From positions 29,254,213 to 29,318,212 of the forward strand of contig OZ234493.1 of assembly GCA_965153455.1 (NCBI GenBank): 64,000 nucleotides of DNA. The letters run 5' to 3'. Source of the DNA: Sphagnum compactum. Lineage: Eukaryota. Position numbers and translations under genes: made by a program. The notes under the pieces are model-generated. The model was not told the DNA's origin, made no database searches, and worked only from the letters and a program-made list of their open reading frames with translations. Positions 54,650 to 64,000 of this stretch are shown here, piece after piece. Numbering within the stretch: position 1 is the first letter of the stretch; each line of letters opens with the position of its first letter.

Positions 54650-56050
54650 GTCTATGGTTGTAAGAGGTGAGGTGCAAGAAGTATGGCAATTATTACAAAC
54701 TTATACTAAATGTTTTGCCTTCAATTTGAAAGATCTAGGCCAATTGAAAGGACAAGAGGTTTGAATTATATTAGAGGTTAATAATCCAATTTGTAAGTGA
54801 ACTTATAGATTTAGTGAGATGGAAAAGGCCTTGGTTCCGGCTTGAACAACAGAGTTGTTGGATATTAGTTTTGAAGAATTATCTAAAGGTGAATATGCCT
54901 CAACAACAGTGATGTTAACCAAGAAAGATATATTTGGCAATTGGACATAACATCACATGTGTTAAAATTATCGTTTGGTGAATAAACAAACCCATTCAGA
55001 CAAATATTCCATGCCCCTATTGGAGGATATTTTTATGCCCTTGGATAATCGAAGGCTTTTAATAACTTGGACTAAAACTTATGATATGGTTAATCAATTA
55101 CCATTGAGGGAAAGTGACAAAGTCAAAATGGCATTCTAGGGAATTGATCTTCATGGAACAGATTATTTATACCAATGAAGGTTTTTACATTTGGTTTGAA
55201 TAATGTTTCTACATAATTTCAAAGGGTGATGGATTGGGTGGTGGCAAGTTTCATCTTTGTTAATGTTAGATTGATGACATCATTATTTTCAACTCAACAT
55301 CAAGGGATCACAAACATCACATGTAGGAGGTGTTTGGAAGACTTAGAGATCATAACCTTAAGCTTCACCTAGGTAAATGTTAATTATTTTATACTTAGGT
55401 GGAGTACCTGGGTCATATGGTGTATCCAAGTCGATTGGGAGTTCAAAAGGCCAAGGTTGAGTGGTTTTCACAAGTTCCCCAACTAACATATGTTTGTCAA
55501 TTATTCCCTTTCTTGGGCTTGTGTAATTATTATTAAAGATTTGTCAAAGGATTTAATAATATTGTTAAACCTTTGACCTAGTTGACACAAATTGACCAAG
55601 AGTTCATTTAGGCTAAGAACCAAGAACAAATCTTTTAGGAATTGAAGGTTCGGCTTTCATTAACTCCCATTTCATCCAAGAACAACCATTCCAATTACAC
55701 ATTAATTGAAACATTTTAAGGTTGGGAGTTGTTCTTACCCAATTTGATGATGATGATCGAAAGCTTGTGGTGGCATATGTTAGTTGGTCCAACAACAAAA
55801 CGAAGACCAAGTATAGTTCATATGAAGGGGAGTGCCTTGCAATTGTTTGGGTAATTCATCATTCCAATGTGACATGTATGGTAGTTCATTCATTTTGGTT
55901 ATTGATCACTAACCTTTCAAGTTTTTTATGGAATTAGATTGATTCACAAGAAAGTTAACCATATGGACATTTATCTTATAGGAGTATGATTTTGATATTG
56001 TTCATAGGGCTAGTAGGGTTAGTCGAGATGCCGACGGGTTGAATCAAAAT
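54650..56050 (+). pseudogene. Reverse transcriptase and RNase H remnant
   Basis: EYASTTVMLTKKDIFGNW..MC*NYRLVNKQTHSDKYSMP; *IDDIIIF (YxDD); VEYLGH; LGVVLTQ...VVAYVSWSNN...YSSYEGECLAIVWV. Confidence 0.9.
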
Positions 56051-56419
56051 CCGAGTTCCAATGAGGAGGATACCACAAGGGCTAAGTGGCATGGTGATAT
56101 GGATTTAAAAACAATACGATGATGGCATGCCTCTACATACCTTTATACCTTGCTAAGATGTTTTAGGGATGTACCTCAATTATGATCGAGTAGTGGGGAT
56201 TCCCAAAAGGAAGGTATTGAGTTGGAAGGCAATGGTGCACTAGATATACATGATGATTCATTTGTTATTGCATATTTGCAAACATGTGAAGTTCCAGTTG
56301 CATACACACCCAAGGAACGAAACCAGGTTGTACATAAGGCCAACTAGTTCACATGGGAAGGCAATTCATTCTTACGAGTGTGGATAGATGGATGAATATA
56401 AGTAGTACCTTGCCCAGAA

Positions 56420-57450
56420 CAATGTGAGGGCCTTGTCCAACATGTTCATAAGGAGTTGGGCCATTTTGGGGTCCGATAGACTTATAATTTGTTCCAAACA
56501 TAATATTGGTGGCAAGTGATGCAACTACAGGTTTAATCATTTGTTTTTCGAGACTAAATTCATGCATCATTCAATGCACTTACACTTCATTTACAACCTT
56601 TACTAATTATGGGGTTGGGATATCAATGGAATCTAAATTTTGCAAGCCCATTAAATTTGACACTTCGACATAACCAATATGTTTTGGTTATTATCGAACA
56701 TCTCTCCAAATGGTTGGAATTAGTGCCATTGTTTGATCACAACAATGAAGGAGCTACCTATGCATTTTTGGACAAAATGTTCAATAAATTTGGTGTTCTA
56801 GCCAAGGTTCTTACCAACCAAAGTAACCAACAATTGTGTGAAAATACATTGATAGATCATTGGACTATGTACTCACAAGATCACCTTAAAACTTACAAGT
56901 TAACCAAGCCAATGGTCTAGATGGTGAAACGAAGATTGCATAAGTATGGCCGTTAAAAAAGTCATATTAGAGATTGGGACCTATAATTACCATGGTTGGC
57001 CATGGGCACATAGGTTTAGTTGGCAAGCCTCCCTTACATCATTTTCACCATATTTTATATTGTTTGGTTGTGACCTTGAACTACCAACCTCTAATTCAAC
57101 ATGATGTTATGGCGGTGGTGAGTTCGAATGATCTTACAGTGTGGCTTCAAGCATGTGAATAGATAATATATTTATTTAAACATGTGATGCCTATGGCTAT
57201 GAAAAATTTAGCAATTGTTTAACACTAAAATATTTTTCGATATGCCACAGTTCATGGAGGTGAATATTAACCTCAAATTTTTTAGGTTTGGGCCTAGGGA
57301 GATTTTGTGTATTTGCAATAGACATTATTGACTACTTTGGATGTGATTACAAGACATGTTATTCTATGTGTGTGGAAGGTCCTACCTTCCAGAGTTTTGT
57401 TGTTAGAAGGTTAAGATGGTCAGACATGGAAGGATCACGTGTGTAATGTG
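56420..57450 (+). pseudogene. Integrase remnant
   Basis: HVHKELGHFGVR (HHCC start), WNLNFASPL...YVLVIIEHLSKWLELVPL and FGVLAKVLTNQ. Confidence 0.85.
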
Positions 57451-57521
57451 TGTTATGTTAGTTTCCTCATGTGGATGGTTATATTGACCTTTTTTTGGTT
57501 GTTATTTCTAGCAAATTTTGT

Positions 57522-57660
57522 TGTATGTTGTGTGGGCAAGCCATAAAGGGCTACCACCATGTTGATTTGTGATGGGTGTCCATGAGGTTGGTACATGGGG
57601 TGTTTGACACCACCATTGGAAGAAGTACCAGCCAACAAATGGTTTTGTCCTCAATGCACC
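57522..57660 (+). pseudogene. PHD finger at the C-terminal end of the retrotransposon pol
   Basis: CMLCGQ...(frameshift)ATTMLICDGCP*GWYMGCLTPPLEEVPANKWFCPQC gives C4HC3 spacing, with H changed to Y. Confidence 0.85.
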
Positions 57661-58000
57661 AAACAAACCGAGGTTTTTATTTTTGTAGGTAGATGGTAGG
57701 AAATTCCTTAAGTTTTTTCCAATGGGACAGACAATTGATTGAGGATTTGGGGGATTGTAGCTAGGTGACTAACAATGGCGATCCCATTTGCACTTGACCT
57801 ACCAGTGGTCTTCTCACCTTAAAACCAGTGTGTTTCCTTTGAGAAATAGTTTGTAGGGCTTTTCATGTTGTTATTTGGCTTCAGGGGACTTTATCCCTAA
57901 ATAGGGGGGCGGTTTGAATGGATGTATTAGGCTTATGAGGTGTTATGTTATTTTGTTTATGGATGTTGATAATGATGGTTATGTTATAGGTGCCAACATT

Positions 58001-60825
58001 CACTAGTAGAAATCCTATCATTTGTAACTATCATATGCAATTGATTTTCAATTACATGCAACACATGCAACTATTACACCCCATAGTTGCATAAGATAAG
58101 TTGCACATGACATGAAATTGCACACAACACATAATTGCATGCAATAATATGTATGTGGAAAATATATATAGTATGGATTTGCACTTCATCCATTTGTATA
58201 CTCTACGAAGGTTACACATGCAACTAAGGTGCAACTACCATGGTGATCATTTGAATTTTCAATGACCAATTATATGGTGACACATGGCATTTGATCCATA
58301 TTTCAATATTGAATATATTTATACATTAATAATATATAAGCCATTCAATAAACTATGAATCGAATTTTGACAAGTGTCCATATTGAAGCCAATTATATGG
58401 TGACACATGGCAATTAAAAAACCCAATGATGATTTACAAATTTATTATTAAGTAGGTAGGTAGGTAGGGTTAAATAAGTAGGAAGGTAAGCCTAGGTAGG
58501 TTATAAATAATCATATTTTATGTTTGGGTCAAACTTCTTTCATTGGATCATCTCAAAAGGCCCTTGGTACTTGGTTTGTGAATAAGACCAATGCACCTAC
58601 TTATATAGTGCACACACCTGGAATTAAAACAAAATAGATAAAAAAGTTCAGTTGCAAACCCAATTAACCTAGTTGCATGGTACATGCAATTACTACATTA
58701 CACCTATGCAATGTTAACTTAATTTACAAACTACCTACATTATTTATATTATAAGCAATAATAATAATATTAATAACTAATGATATTAATAAAAGTAATA
58801 GTTAATAAAATTTTCTTTTCATATTATTTTAAAAATTATTAATAAATTATAATATTGTTATCTAGCTTAAACTGATAGCTAATTTAGACTAAAATACTTT
58901 TAGGCTAATTAACAAATGTAGCCTACTAACCATAACTAGCAAAATTAATTAACAAATAATAATATTAATCATTAACTATTATTTTTATAAAAATTATAAA
59001 TAATTTTTTTTGGGTAGTTATAATTACCTATAATGATTTACAATGAATGTTATTACAACATTGTCAATTTAAAATTAGAAGCTAACCTAGGTTAAGGTAC
59101 TTATGCTAGGAGGTACTGTAACATACTAACCATACGTATACTAGCATAATTAACAATAATAATACAATTGACTAGAGCTAAATTAATGATGACTAAACTA
59201 ACCATATTAATGAGAAATTAAAATTCAACATGGATTATTTAAAAGGCTAAATTAAACATGGTTAAATTAATTATGAGGTTAAATTTACCATGGCTAAACT
59301 AATTATAAAATTAAATTAATGATGGTTAAATTAATTTTGGTTCAATTAACCATAGTTAAATTAATCTTGATTAAATTATTCATGGTTAAATTAACTAGTT
59401 GAAAGCTAAATTAATTAGTTTAGCCATGTTAGTTTAGCCATGGTTAATTTAAGTTCTTTAATAATTTAGCCATGATTTATTTAAATTTTTCAATAGTTTA
59501 ACCAGAGTTAGTTTAGCCAAATTTATTTAAACCATGGTTAATCTAACCAAAGTTAATTTAGCCATGGTTAATTTAGGCAAATTTAGTTTAATAATTTAGC
59601 CAAAATTAATTTAGTCATGGTTATTTTAGCCAAAATTAGTTTAACCATGGTTAATTTAGCTTTTTAATTAGTTTTTAGCCTCATAGTTAGTTTAGCCATG
59701 ATTAGTTTAACCATGCTAAATTTAGTTAATTTAGCCATGACTAGTTTAGACATGTTTAGTTTAACTTCATAATTAGTTTAACCATGATTAATTTAGACAT
59801 GGTTAATTTAACCAAAGTTAATTTAACCATGGTTGATTTAATTCATTTAACCATGGTTAGTTTAACCAAGGTCTATCCTAGGTTTAACTTAGGTTACTAT
59901 GAGTTTAGCTTAGATTTAGACAATGTATTATTTTGGGTAAATTAATTAACATGGTTTACCTTTAGTAAGGTGAAAACACATTAAGGTGTAACAATTTTAG
60001 GCACATATATCAAAGTCCATAGTTGTGTAAATTAACATTATAGAGGTAGTGTGAAAACAAGATACTTTGAATCACACAAGTCATTTTGCAAGTTATCGTT
60101 ATAAATTCATTATTAAGAAAATTCCAACCCTAATTTACCTTATGGAGAACTTAAATTTGAAATATGGACTTCTAAATTATTACTTTCACTAAAGAAAGGA
60201 CTTAATGGGAAAAAAACTATAATTCAAGGTACATAAAAAAAATTTGATCATCAAAATCCTATGAATTTTTTCCCCTTAATATCAATGTAACCACACCATA
60301 TTATCATTGAATCCTTTATTTAATAAAAAATATTATACGAAGGTGCATGAAGTTCATATTCATTGATTATGGACTACTGCAGGTTTTTGGTTAGTTTTTT
60401 AAAAGTCCATTATGTTATGACAATTAAAAAACTATTCAAATAATTCTTGCAATGTGATTATAATATATATATAACATTGTAGTTTTGTGTCTTTTGTCAA
60501 ATTAAGTATTTTTATTTAATCACATGGCCAATTATAACTTCAAAATCTTGTAAAAATTGCCTTGTGACAACATTTTAGGGACAACGTAATGTGCTTTTGC
60601 AAAGTATTGAAGGTATAAGATTACTATACATAGTTTAAGTAGATATATTGAATGTATTAATGTAGGTATATATTAGCTTAAGCCATAATTTTTATGACAT
60701 GTGTCCATTTTGTACAATACTAGTTGATGTTAGTTGCACACAACCATATGACCAAAAATATATAGTACCCATTTTGCACAAAATTACATAATGACTAGTT
60801 GCAAATGACAAGATTTCTACTAGTG
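58001..60825. mobile_element. Complete non-autonomous CACTA (En/Spm) DNA transposon, 2825 bp
   Basis: TIRs CACTAGTAGAAATCctatcatttgtaacta and (rc) CACTAGTAGAAATCttgtcatttgcaacta. 3-bp TSD ATT at 57998-58000 and 60826-60828. Subterminal gcaacta/tagttgc repeats. Confidence 0.95.
59150..59900. repeat. Degenerate array of ~10-20-nt palindromic units (aaccatggtt / tagccatggtta) inside the CACTA element
   Basis: Many degenerate 'accatggtt' and 'gccatg' units separated by aaatt/aattt; orientation switches near 59410. Confidence 0.85.
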
Positions 60826-61821
60826 ATTAGAGCACACAAATAGTTGTTATAAATTTTGTGGTAGTTACATGTTTTTATCCTAGTTATCATAATTACTATA
60901 AGTAACTTAGGAATGTGGTTCTAGACATTTTGTGTTTGGTATATAATCCCTTTGTGAATGGTCTAGAGCACACTAGTTTGTATGTTACAAAATTTTCTAT
61001 GGTTTTGTTATGTAAGCTTCATGGTTGCACATTGGTGTGTGTGGATTCGTGTGTTTTGGCTTAGATTCTTGTTTGTTGTAAGTGACCTTGTTTTGAATCA
61101 CCAAAAGTGAAGTTAGTTGTTTTGTTTTGTTTTGTTTTGAGTTTGGATGGATGTATTAGGTTTATGAGATGTTATGTTGTTTTGTTTATGGATGTTGACA
61201 ATGATGGTTATAGGTGCCAACATTGGAACGCACAACATTTCATTTTGGAGGTAAAATTTCTTGGACCTTCAAATCCTTGTAGAAGCTACTGCCATTTGTT
61301 CTTATTTAAATTTGGGCCCTTTCAACCTTAGGAGTAGGAAATGTAAACCTAGATTAGTAATCATAATAGTTGTTGAAATTGGGGTGGATTCAATGCAAGT
61401 CGTTGATGTGTAAACTACAAGTCTACAAAGTCAAGTATGTTTAACTGGGGATTTGTATGCCTTTGTCGTCCATGGTGGTGTTTCATCAAGTGTAGCTTAG
61501 ATGAATTATTTAGAGCACCACAAAAAGTTCTTTTAAGCATGTTTTGGTTGTGTACTACATGTGAGTGGCATGGTCGCCGCAACATTAACTCAGTTATGTG
61601 AAGTGAATGTGCAGAATAAAAGTTCTGTAGAAGTTTTCATCCAAGCCAACATGCTGATCTTTTGTGCTTTGTCCACACTTTCAAACTATGGTTTGGTTAT
61701 GAATTGTAGGTGGTTGATTCAATCAACACAAGTTTGCCAAATCATATATCTGCAATAGTATCAACAACTAAGAACCCAAAATGAACTACAACAAGAAATG
61801 TTGAGGGTAGTTAGTTGCATG

Positions 61822-62520
61822 GGATTTGACATAATGTCTGGTAGAATTTCAATTGATGAATATTGTGGTGTGGAACTGTTATCTGGCATCTTGGACCCAA
61901 AAAAGAGAGAATTCCAATGCATAATGTTAGCTATCATTTGTGTGGAATGTCCTAGAAGATGGAACCTCCATGGCAGGTATGGTACATGGCTTTTTATTTG
62001 AAAGAAAGTAAAACACTTTTAAAGTTTTGAGTTATTATTATTATTATTGGAATTTTATTTTAAAACACAAGATTTGACATAAAGTCGAGTATAATTCCAA
62101 TTGATGATTATTATGGAATGGAAATGTTATCCGGAATCATGGACAGAAAAAAAGAAAGACAAAAAAACTGAATTCCAATGCATAACATCACCTATCACAT
62201 GTATGGAATGTCCCCAAGCTATTATTATTCAGAATTTTAGAAAAAAGACACATGATCTGACATAAAATCTGGTAGAATTCCAGTTGATGATTATTATGGC
62301 GTGGAAATGTAAACCAGGTAGGCAATATCTTGGACCACAAATAACTGAACTTTTCCAATGCATAATGTCACCTGTCACTTGCTGAGTTCATATTATTATT
62401 GATTATTCCGAATTTGTTTTAAAACAGAGGATTTGACATAAAAAAGTCTGGTAGAATTCCAGTCGATGATTATTATGGCGTGGAAATGTTATCTAGGTAG
62501 GTTGGCATCTATCTGGGACG
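61822..62520. repeat. Diverged tandem repeat, ~180-250-bp unit x4, upstream of the DUF4057 gene
   Basis: 'gat.tgacataa...tctggtagaatt.ca.ttgatga.tatt.tgg..tggaa.tgt' at ~61823, 62071, 62254 and 62430. Confidence 0.85.
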
Positions 62521-63081
62521 ACAGAACAACTGAAATTTTTCTCATGCATAACGTCGCCGACGTTGGAATGTTGTGGAATGGTAGTGTGGAATGTCCCGGG
62601 GAAGCACACACTGGGCCTGACGACGGTTTGCTTTTGCTTTGCTGCAGTTGCCGTTTCGTGCGCTTCTCTTGTTGTTGTTGTTGTTGTTGTGTTGTCGCGA
62701 GTCCTGGGCCGAGAAGTAAGCAAGCTGTTTGGGTTCCATCTCCGGCACAGAATTGTTTCCTGCTTCTGCTGCTGTGGGTCTCTTTGTTTTTCCGCATTTG
62801 AAGATCGGAAGCAAACTGTACAGTTTGTGATTCCAAAGATACCCACTGCTGAAGAAGTGATCACCCCAAGGCAACGAGAGAAAGCCACATTTGCCTTGAC
62901 CTTGGAGCAAGACATTGTCAAAAGCCTTTTCTTGGCTTGCACTCTCAGAAACACATTCTTCAAGCAAAAGAGAAGAGAAGAGAACAGAAGGGAAGAGAAC
63001 AGAAGAGAAAAAGAAACATAAAGAGAACAGAACAGAACAGAAAGAGAAAAGAAAAAGCAAGTGCAGGTAGAAGCTGTGATC

Positions 63082-64000
63082 ATGTCTTCTGTTGCAAATG
63101 GGATGACGCCAAGCGGCAGGAGAGGAGCAACACCAACAGTAGGAGGAGCGACGACATTCGACCTCTTCAGTTGGTCAGAGGCTCGCCCTGCAGCAGCCCC
63201 AGTAGTAAGTATTTCTGATAGCAACAACAACAATGCCTCCTGTTTGTCTGCTGCGGCCGATCCCAGCATCCGCATGTTGCAGCAACCTGCAGGGGGAATC
63301 AGCAGCATCATATTTGGTGACCACATCTCGGCAGAAGAAGCTGATGCATTGCTCAAGAGAAGACCAGGTTCGGATTCCAAGAAAAGAGAAATGCACGGGA
63401 GTGGTGGTATTTTTTTTCCTGCTGCTGGATGTCATGGTCATGGTCATGGTGGTGATGGTGAGCCTGGCAATGGTACAACACCAGCGCTAGACAACAGAAC
63501 AAGTGTACGATACTCTCATCATCAGGCAGCTGCTGCTGGTGTCAGCCAGATCTCCTTTGGTGGGGAGAATTGTGAATCACCCAAGAAGGCAGTTTATACA
63601 GAAAACGCAAAACAGAAAGAGCTGAGTGGAACAGTGCAGACCACAGATGATCTTGCAGGGCGCCGAGTGAACTCCAATGCCAAAGCGAAAGAATTGGTGG
63701 GTAGCAATATTTTTGGTCCTCCTCCATCTCCAGGGAGACCCAAACCATGTCGAGCTTCTTTAGAGTTCAAAAGGGAAGGAGGAGGAGCACCACCACCTGA
63801 AGAAGCAGCAGCACCACCTCCTCGAAATGTCCATACGTCTGTAAAAGTCTCCAATCCTGCAGGTGGTAAATGCCAAATCTCTTTTGGTCCCAAAGATGAG
63901 TCTGATTCTTCTGTTGTTGCTCGAAAGTCGCATGATCATAAGAACGCAGAGCTTTGGGGAAATGACATCTTCAGTGAAAAAGAGAATGGTGATGCTGCTT
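63082..64000 (+). CDS. DUF4057-family protein, 3'-truncated by the window edge
   Basis: Uninterrupted frame from ATG 63082: DLFSWSE, QPAGGISSIIFG, SAEEADALLKRRPGSDSKKREMHGSG, GVSQISFG, AKQKELSG, AKAKELVGSNIFGPPP, VHTSVKVSNPAGGKCQISFG, KNAELWGNDIF. Absent from the ORF track because there is no stop in the window. Confidence 0.88.
   Translation, partial: MSSVANGMTPSGRRGATPTVGGATTFDLFSWSEARPAAAPVVSISDSNNNNASCLSAAADPSIRMLQQPAGGISSIIFGDHISAEEADALLKRRPGSDSKKREMHGSGGIFFPAAGCHGHGHGGDGEPGNGTTPALDNRTSVRYSHHQAAAAGVSQISFGGENCESPKKAVYTENAKQKELSGTVQTTDDLAGRRVNSNAKAKELVGSNIFGPPPSPGRPKPCRASLEFKREGGGAPPPEEAAAPPPRNVHTSVKVSNPAGGKCQISFGPKDESDSSVVARKSHDHKNAELWGNDIFSEKENGDAA

Larger units (their letters stand above)
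52400..61235 (+). mobile_element. Decayed Ty3/Gypsy retrotransposon (gag, RT, RNase H, integrase, PHD finger) with a nested CACTA element; 5' boundary uncertain and may extend to ~51.2 kb
   Basis: RT-RNaseH-INT domain order; purine tract aaataggggggcgg at ~57899-57912 followed by terminal repeats. Confidence 0.85.

Noticed and set aside
62466-63893. Minus-strand and alternative-frame ORFs (up to 295 aa)
   Set aside because: Shadow ORFs of the DUF4057 CDS and its 5'UTR.

Overview
AT-rich eukaryotic nuclear DNA from a land plant, most consistent with a moss such as Sphagnum. This is inferred from the poly-Ala/Gln/Ser-rich proteins, spliceosomal introns, TTTAGGG telo-boxes and repeat landscape, and was not verified. 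Three protein-coding genes can be modelled: (1) a 5-exon, ~1320-aa, probably disordered protein with an internal 38-39-aa repeat and a Cys-containing C-terminus (28504-33261, +); (2) a 5-exon alpha/beta-hydrolase with an intact Ser-Asp-His triad (50451-47876, -); (3) an intronless DUF4057-family protein running off the right edge (63082->64000, +), which the ORF track misses. The rest is transposon-rich. It holds a decayed rolling-circle element of Helentron/Helitron2 type (OTU protease, DUF6570, Rep, Pif1 helicase, APE endonuclease; ~34.1-40.2 kb, -). It also holds a decayed Ty3/Gypsy element with a PHD finger after the integrase, an extra decayed ORF before gag and an unusual repeated 3' end (~52.4-61.2 kb, +). 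A complete non-autonomous CACTA element (TIRs, ATT TSD) is nested in that 3' end. A 503-bp non-autonomous Helitron sits in a tandem repeat whose neighbouring copies show its empty site. There are also MITEs, a SINE candidate and many short tandem arrays. No rRNA, true tRNA or CRISPR array was found. All domain calls come from manual translation and motif recognition, not database searches.
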